Positions 39,711 through 51,152 of a DNA stretch of 64,000 bases are shown one piece after another. This DNA comes from Lepidodermella squamata (lineage: Eukaryota > Animalia > Gastrotricha), in assembly GCA_047495785.1 (NCBI GenBank), contig JBLDXI010000015.1:4774001-4838000 (forward strand). The letters are read 5' to 3'. The position numbers and the translations under genes were made by a program. Each line of letters starts with the position of its first letter. Position 1 is the first letter of the stretch. The notes below the pieces were generated by a model. It worked only from the letters and a program-made list of their open reading frames with translations. It did no database searches and was not told the origin of the DNA.

Positions 39711-40396
39711 ATGCCGGTAATATTTCCATTCTTAAATGTAATCGTAAATCATGTGTCATGTTTCTGCAGTTGCCAACGAAACGCGATCACGAAGCTGAAC
39801 GCCAGGTTTTGGATTGGATTGCCGCTGTCACTGGTGAGTCGATCCCTGCCAATGCTGACTACGACAAGACCCTCAAGGACGGTGTTCTGATTTGCAAGTA
39901 AGTCTAACCCCATCTTTATAGCGAATTTTCTCTCACGGTAGTTAATTCTAGGCTGATGAACAAATTGCAACCAAATAGCGTGAAGCAAATCAACACTAAA
40001 GGCAGCAACTTTGCCTTGATGGAAAACCACCAGCGTTTCTTGGGTAAGGCTCCCTTAAAATTTCGAAATTACCCCAATCCAAGGGTTGTGTTTTTCATAG
40101 ATGCTGCTAAAGCGTACGGTCTTCCTGATGATGAAGTCTTCCAAACCGTTGATCTGTTCGAGGCCCGTAATATCCCGCAGGTAACCAAGTGCCTGCACGC
40201 TCTCGGCCGCATTACCCAAAAGCACCCCGAGTACAAAGGCCCTCACCTTGGACCGAAGATGGCCGAGGAAAACAAGCGTGAATTCACCGAGGAGCAACTC
40301 GCCGAGGCTCGCGCCGCTGTCCCTGTTCTTCAAGCGAATAGCAACAAGGGCGCCAACGCGTCCGGTATCAACATGGGCAACAGTCGGCACATGTGA
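39711..40396 (+). CDS. Myophilin/MP20/transgelin-family calponin-homology protein; 4 exons
   Basis: It begins MP|LPTKRD..QVLDWI and contains LKDGVLIC, LMNKLQPNSV and FQTVDLFEARNIPQV. After GPKMAEENKREFTEEQL comes the calponin repeat LQANSNKGANASGINMGNSRHM. Confidence 0.93.
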
Positions 40397-40928
40397 AAAG
40401 CAACACCTTCCGCATGTCTTCAATATTATATTGAACTTCTTATATACCACCCTTCATTTATAATGGTAAATTTGTTTTCTAAATGATTCAAACAGATATT
40501 TGCTCCCGTTTGAAGTTTTCGCAACTGCTTGAAATTATTGGCTCCGTAATAATACGTAAAATCAGAACTCGTCGCGCATTTTTCACGTTTCGCATATATA
40601 AAAAGTCGGTGCTAAATTTGTTGTTTTCTTCGCAATCTTCGCAAGCCTGGTGAAGAGGAACAATCGGTTACTGCCTTAAGAAATGGCGAATTTATTAGAG
40701 CTGACCAACATTAATTGGCCTCGTCTTTTTACAGGAGCTCTTGTCGTTGTTCAATCTCTGTTGTTAAATTTCAAGTTGTTTTTCTTATCGAAACGCAAGG
40801 AACCATGTTGAATGCATGCATTAGTCATCGTGAGAAATAATCATCAATAAAGCAACGTTATTCGCATTTATTTCAAGAAGCGTGATAATTTAATGCAATA
40901 TAAAATAACAAGGGGCACTGTGCGAATA

Positions 40929-41399
40929 TCAGCTTGGAGGATTCGACGCTGGAGGGTGTTGCTGTTGAAGACTTTGAACGGTTTGGCCAAGGTCGGATAG
41001 CTGAAACAGATAATTAAATCAACTAAATTTGTTAAAATTCAACTTACATCTTGCATTAATTTGTCGAATTGCTCATTTGCCAGGGTCGAGTAAAGTTCAG
41101 GCTTCTCACGGCCTCGATCATCCCTAAATTTAAAAATTAATAATTCCAGGAAAAATAAAATAAAATAAAATCAGCGAACCCATCTTTGTCTCCATGGACA
41201 ATATCGGTCTGAAAGTGGCTTTGAGCCAGCTCCTCTTGTTTTGTCCTTATAGCATCCAATTTTGACAGTGAGCAACCGCAATCAGCACCTATTAAACAGT
41301 TTCAAAAAAAATTCGATAGACAATTGCGAGTCATCTACCAAAAGCATCGAGTTTTCCGTTTCGAAAATCGTCCAATAATTTCAGCAACTCCCTCTCCAT
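40929..41399 (-). CDS. CCDC28: Coiled-coil domain-containing protein 28 (CCDC28A/B family); 4 small exons, absent from the ORF track
   Basis: The spliced translation is MERELLKLLDDFRNGKLDAFG...CSLSKLDAIRTKQEELAQSHF...ANEQFDKLMQD.LSDLGQTVQSL. It matches the family core ME..LL.LL.DF..G.L.AFG..CS...L...R..QE.LA..HF. Confidence 0.88.
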
Positions 41400-42253
41400 T
41401 TTATATATTTAGGCAATTCTACGGATTAAAACCAGAATGGAAATTAATCAAGATTCAAATTAAAATCGAAAGTCTGTTTTATTGTTAAAATTTGAAATTT
41501 TTCACACGCTCAGACATTAAAAGATAGCAACGACGAGATAGAAAAATTAATTTACAGTAGCTGAGCCCTGAAATAGCGCCCATTTGCGATGATGATAAAA
41601 ATTGAATAATTGATTTTCAAATAGCGATAAGTTGCTCTGCAATCAACTGAGATTTCGCGTTTTTCCTTTCGCATATTGTAAAATATACGTTCGGCGAGAA
41701 ATGTACGGCAACCAACGCAACTAATCGAAAAATGTGAAATAATTATAATTATAATAATATAGCGTGATTAAAATAGCGGTCAGGTAATAAAAAAAAATGA
41801 ACTGCTCATGATGATGAACGTCGAAAGCCGCGAGATCAATCGCCAGCGTAAAGAAAAAGATAGCAGGAAGCTAGACTACAATTTTGAGACTTTGATCGAC
41901 ATCGATGAAAACAGAAAAGGCGACCCACAAATAAATGCACAATTATAGGTTTGAGTAGCTAAAACAATAATAATGATGACAATAATAAATCGTAAAAAAA
42001 GTGTCCAAACCGGTGAAAAAAACGACAATTTCAAAATAATGGTAGACATAAATAGCAATAAATTGGATAACAGTGACGTTTCAACATGATTCGAGTAATA
42101 AATTGATTTAATGTGCCAATCAATAAGCATTTGCACACATACACAGGTTATTGCTCAACTCGATCCTCAACTGCAACGCAATAATAACAGTGCTGCATAG
42201 AAAAGTGTTGTCGGTTGAAGACGGTAGAATAATTCATTTTTGAGCGGTTTATT

Positions 42254-44231
42254 TCAACACATTGGTGGAGGCGGCGGCGGAGGAGGGGCTGCCAGTTCGT
42301 TGAAGCGGAAATTCGCCGAGACTGGCGGCTCAGGAGGCAGCGGGATATCGGCCACGTTGAACGCATTCGAAGAGCGAACCTCTTGCTCCTCCTTAACCGA
42401 ATTAGTTTCACTCGTTTGATTGATGATTGTAATCGTTGGTTCTGTTTCCATCTTAACATCAGGCTGATTGGCTGATTCAACAGCTGATTTTTCAGGCGAT
42501 TTGGAAGATACTTCAGGAACTTCAGGGGCGGCGGATCTTACCGGCGAATGGGACTGTTTCGCGTCTTCAAACACCTCGGAGTTGGCACTTTCGTTTTTCA
42601 CCTCCATCTCGTGCGATTCCGCTGGTGGATTCTGAACAGCCGTCGCGGGTTCGGCGCTGTTTTGCGACAGCGTCGAACTCATCGTCGCATCGCGGTCCGT
42701 CTCGCCGTGTTCACTCTCGTCGGCCATCATAACAACCGGCGGATCGGTGGTTGGCATAGCTGCCTGGTGGTGCCATTCCGAAGTCATCGCAGGGTCTATC
42801 AAGGCGGCGTGATGTTGCTCAGGAGAGCTGTTTGAATTCGAATGGCGCTCTTCACCCGTTGAACCGCCGTTATTTTCGAGATGGCCACCAGTAGCCGATG
42901 CACTCTCGCCGCTAGTTTCATCGCCGGTGGTGGTCGAGGATAGTATCATAGATTCGGATGTGAGTCCGAGACCGAGACACTCCATCGCCTCACCGTTCGC
43001 GTTGAGTAGAAACACGTCTTCGCTCGAGTTGTGCTGCAATTCCGACATCGACAACGCCTCCTCGGCCACCACGTTCGGCTCACTCGAAGTCGAGGCGAGG
43101 AGAGCATCGCTGGCCAGGCAAATGTTGCTGCCTTCGTTGTTGCCCGTCGACGACGGGGTGGGCGAGCAGTCGGCGGACGCTGCGGTCGGCGTTGTCATGC
43201 CGCTGCCGGGCTGCTGCCGCGAACTCGGCCGGCCAGGGCCGTTTCGCGATGACGAAGAGTTTTTCTTCGGCCGTTTCGCCGCCGGCTGTTCGTTCAGCAG
43301 CGCGTCCTCCTCGGGGAACGGAGGCGGAAGACCCAACAAAACATTCGAAGACGACGACGACAGAGACGGCTGGCGAGTCGCAGAGTATTCTTTCATCTCA
43401 GCGTCGTAGCGCGATTTTTCAACCTCGTACAGCGTGTAGAACGTCTTTTTCTCCTCTTGCGGCAGGTCAAGCCAGAGCTGGCTCAACTTTCGAGTCACTT
43501 CTTTCCGGTCGACATCGCCCTGACGCTCCTCCATCATCTGCCGTTGAACGGCGGCGCGGCGTTGCTCGCAGAAGATGAAATACGCGTTCACTGGTTTCCG
43601 CGGCGCCTCCGGGTCTTTTTTCGCTCGAGGTGTGCCCGACGTGGACTTTTTCTTCGCTTTCGATGTCGAAGACGCCGGGTCGAGGTTGTCGAAGAACGAG
43701 CCGGACATGAGTGGCGGTGTCTGCTGGACAGGTTGGCTGCTGCTGCTGCCGCGTCGTGATAGCGAAGTCGAAGCAGAGCCCATTGAATTCGGCGTTGTTG
43801 GAGATGTAACATCGCTGATGGTCTTTTTCTGGGCAATCAGCAGTTCGTAAGCGAAATCTTCGTCGCAAAACTGCGGCAGGTCGATTTCACAAAACTGGTC
43901 TCCATACCGTTCCAAACGTTCAGCAAGTAATCTGAAAATAATAAAAAGAACATTAAAATTAATTACAAAATTCCTCCTTAAAAGCTTGCCTCCTTTCATG
44001 AAGAAGTCTCTTGAGAAGTTTTTTACTTCGAAGCAAGCTGCTGTAGATGCGGTCGGTTTCTTCTTTCACTTGCATGCATTTCCTCGTCAGAATTTTGTAC
44101 TTGGCATCATAGACAGCCTCCGAACCAGAGGCCGCCGGGCCGCCATTCGTGTGCTTCGCTGAGTGGTGATTGTTATGGTGTTGCAGTTGATGTTGCTGTT
44201 GTTGTTGCTGTTGTCCAGGTAAACTGAACAT
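42254..44231 (-). CDS. TFPT/INO80-subunit-like coiled coil + HMG-box protein (Nhp10-like architecture), paralog A
   Basis: The N-terminal segment KYKILTRKCMQVKEETDRIYSSL...LLHERR|LLAERLERYGD resembles TFPT/Amida. The HMG box reads KKDPEAPRKPVNAYFIFC...LSQLWLDLPQEEKKTFY, followed by a long acidic disordered tail. One GC-AG intron lies at 43932-43989. Confidence 0.8.
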
Positions 44232-45414
44232 TGCGTAAAATCCTAAATTTCAAAATAAAAATCGATGCAATATTGCTTTTACTGAGCTCATTTTTTTGTG
44301 TTAATATTATGTGTTACAGAAGTGAATCCAGCATAGGAATTGACGCCTTCATTTCATAGAACATTTGATAGATCGAGCGATATTTTTTCATATTCATATA
44401 ATTTGTTTTTTTTGAACGGAGCAATGATCGCCGGGAAAAGAATGTTGAATTCAATTGTATAGATTCGTCATTTTTCATCTTTGCAATAATAATCGATTTA
44501 TACAAACATAAATTGACGCGCACAATCAATCGCGGCATTCTGCAGAGAACGAAAGCCAAGAGTTTGTTTGGACCCGATACACAAACGTATACTTTCTGGT
44601 AGTTTTAGTAGTGTTATTGAGTCAAAATCAAAAATCAAAATAATAAAAGTAGTACGATTTTTCTGTGACAATAATTATTAGATGTTGAGGATGAGGAGAA
44701 GGAGGAAAGCGAAACTCAAACATTAGACACGTAAATTGTTGCATAACTCTATAAATTTTGAAGCATGTCGTCAAAAAATAATGGTAACAATTAAACGAAC
44801 GGAGGTAAGTAATAAAACTTCGGGGCACTCGTGTCGCTGTTTCTTGTCGAAATTTCTGGCAAGATCAGAACAGCATTAACCGCCCGTTTTAAATTATTAG
44901 GAACACGATTCATCATGATTTTAAAGAAGAATACAAGAACTAGTATAACGGAAACTGAAACAACAACAACAAAAAACAACAAAATAACAGAGCGTAACAT
45001 CTCGTATTACAAGACGTAGCAACAAGCAGGGCGGAATGCGATATTTTCTTTATCAAGTAGTAACGAGTATAACGAGTCGTATGCTTGCTAGTAGAATAGT
45101 AGTAGTAGTAGTAGAAGTAGTGAAAGGAAAACAGAACTTTCCACGGGAGCGTTTCATCAGAAATTTGGGCCGCTTTGATGAAGATTAATGAAAGAACGAG
45201 TACGCATGGAGTCTCATAGATACGAATTTACAGAAAACTATCATCAGCGTCAACACGACTGTTTGAACTCTCATGCGATTCGAGATGATTCAAAAATAAC
45301 ACCACGAAAGAAATAACCACTGGTTAGAGAGAGAAGGTACTGAGTTAAAATTATGGCACATTCGTTGTTGCAGGGTCGTTGCGTCACTCGTGAAGTTTTT
45401 GCACAGCTTTAGAT

Positions 45415-46925
45415 TCAAGGCACGGACATTTCACTGCCACCGCCCGACTGGTGGGGTAGGTGGTGGTGCGGCTGCAGGTGGAACAGCGCGAACTGGCCGG
45501 AGGAATGCAAGTTGCCGAAACCGCCGCTGGGCGGCTGCATTTCGAAACTCGGCTCGCCCGAAGACGTACCGGGCGACTCGATCACATGTGACGATGCAGC
45601 CGCGGCAGAGTTCATGAACACTTCGTCGGTCGCGTCATCGCCCGCTGTCACAAAAATCGGCGGTTGGGGCGCGTAGCTGAGAGGGGACGGCTGCAAACCC
45701 GGGTCGGCCAACGACGGCGACGACGCTGTGTCGCCCGACGTGAAAAACCCGACACCAGGCATGACCTGCTCCACCTTAACGCCGCGAAACATGTCGTCGT
45801 AAGAGCCGCCAAACGGCATCATTCCGCCGTTTTCGGCGAAGCAGTTGCTAGGCAACGGTGCGGGTGAAGACGCAGAACTCGGGATCAGATTAGACGCATC
45901 TGATTTCTTCGATCTGCGCGCCTTTTTTGGCTTCGACGGCCCCCCCACTGACGAGGTGAAACTCGACGTGCTCGCGACAAGTGAGCGGTCGAAGGGCTCT
46001 AGCGGTTCTTCGAACCCGATTGGCCTCAGTTTGGCGTACTCCTCCATCTCTAGACCATAGCGCACTTTATCTTTCCGATATTCATCAAAATAAACATTTT
46101 TCTCATCGTCCGTCAAGGCACCCCACATCTGCCCGAGGCGACGTGTCACTTCTTTCCTATCAACTTCACCACCACTTTGTTCCTAAAAAAAAATTGGAAT
46201 AGATAACACGCTTTTCAAAAGGGTTTGAACTAACGATTGAAAGCTGCGACTGGACAAGGCTGCGTTTCTTATCGCAGAAAATAAAATACGCGTTCACCGG
46301 TTTGCGAGGCGCGTCTGGGTCGCGTTTCGGCAACGGCGTCGATGAGGTAGAGGCCCCGCCGGCAGCAGCTGCAGCCAGGGCTTTCTTCGTGAGTTTACTC
46401 TTCGCCAGCCGCCGACCGCCCGGCACATTGCCACCACTATTGCCACTTGATTCTAAAAGGAGCAACTGAGCAGGCATGGAACTTGAGCCGGACGACGCCA
46501 ACAGAGATTGATTCGGGGAGGTAGATTCGCTGCCTCCCGCCGAGCACGCCTGTTTCTGACTGATGAGCACTTCGTAGGCGAAATCCTCCTCGCCAAACAC
46601 TGGAATTTCCACATCCGATATTCTGTCGCGATACTGTCTCTCCAATTTTTCTCTCAACGCTCTGAAAAGACAAAATTTAAGCATTTTGGTAATTCAAATA
46701 TTCCGCCTTCCCTTACCTTCGCTCGTATAGAACTTTAGCCAACATGCGTTTACATCGCAGAAGGCGCTCGTAGATTTTGTCAGTTTCCTGTCGAAGAATC
46801 ATTAATATCCAATAATTTATATGAAAATGGGAATATACCTGCTTCACTTCTGAGCATCTTTTTGAAAGAATTTGGTATTTCAGTTCATATACAGCGTCTT
46901 CATCTTTATAAAAACCTAGAGACAT
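45415..46925 (-). CDS. TFPT-like coiled coil + HMG-box protein, paralog B; 4 exons
   Basis: It contains AVYELKYQILSKRCSEVKQ|ETDKIYERL and FGEEDFAYEVLISQK. The HMG box reads KRDPDAPRKPVNAYFIFC...|EQSGGEVDRKEVTRRLGQMWGALTDDEK. Confidence 0.8.
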
Positions 46926-47226
46926 GCCGCTGTTTTGCTTCCTCGATTTCAAAACATGGCATGCCTAGAAATCAGAAAAAAGAGTCACAATACAGACCAT
47001 TTACTGGAAGAAAATAAATGAGACATGGAATTTGAAATAAAAGAGACTCTCGATAATTGCACAGAATTGCGTAAAATACTTTGAAGGAAGCGAATAAACA
47101 CAAGATCACAATAAGCCAGCAATTTTGGCAGAAAATCTACTTCGATATCAATTTTGTCGTTGCTCGTGCACGTTAACAATGAAAATGGATATTTGAACGA
47201 ATCAATAATATATGGAAGAAGGAATT

Positions 47227-48033
47227 TCAAGGCAAGTCGAAGAAATCAACGCTCTGTCCTGACGAATAATTGCCAGAATTGAGAAGTTGAACCAATTTGT
47301 CAGCGGAGTCCACTGGTTCAATAAGGTCCCACGTTTTTGAATCAGCTTTCAGCGTTTCGTCTTTCGTCATCAGCTGAACTTCGCATGACATTTCCGTCAA
47401 AAGCGGCCCAGGGCTGTACTGTAAAACGTTCACATTAGGCCGTTCAACGGCAAGACATGAGAAAAACATGGCACGAGCAGCTTTTGCCACGCAATACGGT
47501 GTCCAGCTCGGAAATGATTTACTCGCAGCAAGAGATGATATATTAACGACGAAAAACCTGTTTCCAATACTGAGCCACTTTTTCTCAAGTTCCTTCAAGA
47601 TCAGGCCATTAAATTCGCCAACATGAATGAGATTTGCGTCAAGATAAAGATTGATACGATCCGACTCCTCTTCGGCAGCCGTCGACCAATCAGTCGCGAA
47701 CTGCGACAAGAATGATCCGTGGTTATGGATAAGCAACGTCTGTGTTTCAATATTTTCCAGGCCGACGCAGAACTCAACGACCTGTTTATACTTTTCCGAA
47801 AAGTCCTTCGCTCCAAATTCGAGAATGGCAATTTCGACAATATGGCTGGGATTTATGGCTTTGATTTTTTCTGCAACTTTCGCCAATGTCTCGTGAGCTC
47901 GTCCAATTAAAACGAAAATGCTGGGCGAAACGAAAAACTTGGCGAGTTGTAACACCAAAGCACGGCCGAATCCTTTTGAAGGTCCCGTAATTATAACAAG
48001 GGAAGAAACATTGGGAGAAAGCGTTTGAACCAT
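47227..48033 (-). CDS. SPR: Sepiapterin reductase (SDR family), intronless CDS
   Basis: Motifs include IITGPSKGFGR, VVNISSLAA, YCVAKAARAMFF (YxxxK), VLQYSPGPLLTEM and the C-terminal SGQSVDFFD. Confidence 0.88.
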   Translation of the reverse strand: MVQTLSPNVSSLVIITGPSKGFGRALVLQLAKFFVSPSIFVLIGRAHETLAKVAEKIKAINPSHIVEIAILEFGAKDFSEKYKQVVEFCVGLENIETQTLLIHNHGSFLSQFATDWSTAAEEESDRINLYLDANLIHVGEFNGLILKELEKKWLSIGNRFFVVNISSLAASKSFPSWTPYCVAKAARAMFFSCLAVERPNVNVLQYSPGPLLTEMSCEVQLMTKDETLKADSKTWDLIEPVDSADKLVQLLNSGNYSSGQSVDFFDLP

Positions 48034-48332
48034 GTTAAATCTAACTATAATTTCCCTAAAAATAAACAAATCGTTGAGTAACTTGAAATGAAATAAAATT
48101 CAATGGCAGAGTGATCATTCGTCGATGACAAGGTGCAGAATCACGATAATGAAAAACAAAGCAGTTTTGTTGAAGCAGATTGCACGAATTTAACGGCGAG
48201 CAGCGACTGCCGGCAAGCTTTTGAGTATAGTAGTATTGCAAATAATTAAAAATGGTCACAACTCTGAACAATTAATCACGAATCAACAGTATCACGTTGA
48301 TAGTCAATGTTCCGAAAGTCCATAAAAATCGA

Positions 48333-50018
48333 CTAAACGGAGCGATACTCAATATCGCAATATCCGGGCCCAACAACCGGTTGGGCGGGGAAACCGCGGC
48401 CAACCATTCGGCAGCGGTGCTCTTCCAGACGCATCTCTACGTCCAGAGTAACAGTTTCAACTGCAGCTCGTTTCGATAGCTTGTTAAGGGCAGTAGAGGA
48501 ACGAGGGTCAGACCACAAGCGCTCCGCAACTGCTGAAGCACGAGGCCAAAGCCGCTGCAAAACGTTGGTGGAGTCAACGTATTCACCCCACAGGCATGCT
48601 TCTCCGCCCATGATCAAAGCCTGTTGAGCTGGTGAAGTAGCGTTAAAATTCAGCGGATCACAGTCATAGTAGCCACGCCAGTCCTGTGTGCCACCCAAAT
48701 CGTCTAGGTACCAACATGACGAGTAAATGCCATGCAAGCCAGCCTTGGTAATGTCGACAAAGGCGGACTGGTTGCTGTACCAGACGTGAACAACAGCGCG
48801 GTCTTGGGGCAGGGAAATATTGTTATGGAACACTTCTTCCCAATAAACATAACGCCCCTTCTGCTTCGTAACTTCGTCTAGCAAACGCAATTGCTGATTT
48901 GTGTAATAATTCTGCAATTGGGCACCGGTCGAAATGCCGAGTGAGCGCATCAACTGCTGAATGCGTGGATTTCCTAACCAACAATCGAATTCGTAGCTGA
49001 CTTCATCTCCACCGAGATGGATGTATCTATCGGGAAAAACGCTGAATACTTCTTGAAAAATCTGCGAAAGTTCCGGCCATAATTGAGGCGAGCTAGGATC
49101 CATCGCACCATAAGATCCGTCTGGTTTGCCATTTGTGTAACATTGAGTTAAAAGCTCTGGCATCCCACTTCCCCATGATTGGGTGTGACCTGGCGTGTCG
49201 AATTCAGCAACGATGCGAATTCCCAACAAGCGACCGTGATCTAGCATAGCCTTTACATCGCTGGGCGAATACGTATGCAACGCAACAGGATTGTAAGCAC
49301 CAGCAGCTGAGAGTTGAGGAAAGGTTTTTGATACCCAAGGAAATGACGGATCATCCACTATATGCCAATGAAAGACATTGAATTTATTGGTGGCCATTAT
49401 TTCAAGGTTCTGCAATAAAATTGATAGAGGCTGAAAATGCCGACTGGAGTCCAAGAGAACGCCACGCCATGGAAACACTGGTTTGTCAGAAATAACAGTG
49501 TTATTAATCATCCTGTCACCATCATCATTCATCCAAGTAAGCTGAGCAAACGATTCAATTCCTCGTAATAATCCCCAAACAGAGTTAGCAGTAATCGCGG
49601 CACTACTTCCACAGCTTACTTTTAACTGATAAGACTCATCCATCATATCATCAGGATACACATCCGGCTGACATTCCGCCGGCAAAGAGCCTGACCCAGA
49701 GTTTAGGCGAACTGTTACAGACGTTAAGTCTGCAGAGCCGAAGTCAAAGTTGTGCGACTTCTTTGGATTGCGTATTCGGTTAAATATATATCGATAGGCA
49801 CGCTGCTCAGCGGCCATCATAAGATCACAGGATGCCAAAATTCCGAAGTCGAAGGTAATTTGCTCAGAGACCTCACATGAGTTGGTAGGATCAGAGGTAA
49901 AATTGACAGGTTTGGGCCACGGAATACCTCGAGTCTTCTTGTGTATTGAATTAGAACGCTGCGCTGCAGCAAAGCACAAGCAGCCAAATAGCAATACTGC
50001 TATTTTTGGTAATAACAT
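48333..50018 (-). CDS. Beta-hexosaminidase (GH20, HEXA/HEXB-like), intronless CDS
   Basis: It has a signal peptide, RGVLLDSSRHF, KFNVFHWHIVDD and EFDTPGH. The catalytic HLGGDEV is intact, followed by GGEACLWGEYVD and WPRASAVAERLWS. Confidence 0.95.
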   Translation of the reverse strand: MLLPKIAVLLFGCLCFAAAQRSNSIHKKTRGIPWPKPVNFTSDPTNSCEVSEQITFDFGILASCDLMMAAEQRAYRYIFNRIRNPKKSHNFDFGSADLTSVTVRLNSGSGSLPAECQPDVYPDDMMDESYQLKVSCGSSAAITANSVWGLLRGIESFAQLTWMNDDGDRMINNTVISDKPVFPWRGVLLDSSRHFQPLSILLQNLEIMATNKFNVFHWHIVDDPSFPWVSKTFPQLSAAGAYNPVALHTYSPSDVKAMLDHGRLLGIRIVAEFDTPGHTQSWGSGMPELLTQCYTNGKPDGSYGAMDPSSPQLWPELSQIFQEVFSVFPDRYIHLGGDEVSYEFDCWLGNPRIQQLMRSLGISTGAQLQNYYTNQQLRLLDEVTKQKGRYVYWEEVFHNNISLPQDRAVVHVWYSNQSAFVDITKAGLHGIYSSCWYLDDLGGTQDWRGYYDCDPLNFNATSPAQQALIMGGEACLWGEYVDSTNVLQRLWPRASAVAERLWSDPRSSTALNKLSKRAAVETVTLDVEMRLEEHRCRMVGRGFPAQPVVGPGYCDIEYRSV

Positions 50019-51049
50019 TCTATAATGACGCAATAGAAACAGGTAACATCAGATCTCGATCCCGAAATATATTAAATCGTCCATAGATATACAAGTGCTA
50101 ACCGTAGCGGTACCAGGTGAGGAGCGAGGGGCCTCTGCACTAGCCAAAAGATATTGCGATCCTCACATATCTGATAGAATTCAGGTTAGGTCTGATTTCT
50201 GATTTGGTGTTCGGAGCACAAGGGAAAGTTGGTTTTGTTTCATTGAGTACCCACGCTCGCCTGTGAGTGTATATTCTTAGCGCTGTTCCTAAATGCCAAC
50301 TGCCAACTGTTGAAACTTTGCAATCAGAGGCATCGATGTCCCTGAATTCCGCCTATATAAAATCCAACTCCGCACCCCAAAAATAACTAGCACGCTGTGA
50401 AGGTCGACTAACATTAAATAAATTTGGTTGCAGTAAATTCAGTTTATAAATATGGTAACATTTAACATATAAGTATGCAATGAAATATTGGTGGTAATTT
50501 TCTGCGCTCGAAAAAAGGATGATTTTTTGCTGTTCGGGTTTTACCAGGCCCAGTCAACCGTGGCGATTTATGCCGCAGCCTAGCATTACAAATTGGCTGC
50601 ATTTACATGCGCCAGCTAGACATGTACATGCATGTTTGAAGCAGGGACACGCGTCTTCATGCGTAGCCTATGTAATGCGATTCCACGTCCATGCATGGCG
50701 GATGCAAATGTTCGATTTTTCAAAATGCCAACATCAGCTCAGATTTCTACCAAATTTCATTGGAATTTGAAGAATACCTAGTGCACTGTAAAGTGAATGT
50801 GAAGAATCGTTTGGTATCAGCATATCAAATATCAAATCCGTCCGACTTTTGAATGAGGTATGAATTTTTACCTCGCCGAGGTCTAGGGCCTGCGAGGCAT
50901 GCACTTTTCTGCATATTTTCCATTCTCATACCCGTTTAATGGTACAAACCCCCTTTGTCCCCTGGACTCGCCGTGCGAAAGCGAACGATGAGAAACCCTA
51001 TATTCAGAGATGCGATGTCCGACAGCCAATTTCGCAGTTTAATGAAAAT

Positions 51050-51152
51050 GTTACATTGTGTGACCACTTGCGAGCGTTCTAATTTTTTTCTTTAACGCTT
51101 TTGTATATGGATAAGTCATTCGCATATCAAAAAAGTGGTCACACAATGTAAC
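51050..51152. repeat. Perfect 20-bp inverted repeat, probably within a decayed transposon
   Basis: GTTACATTGTGTGACCACTT (51050-51069) is the exact reverse complement of AAGTGGTCACACAATGTAAC (51133-51152). Confidence 0.8.
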
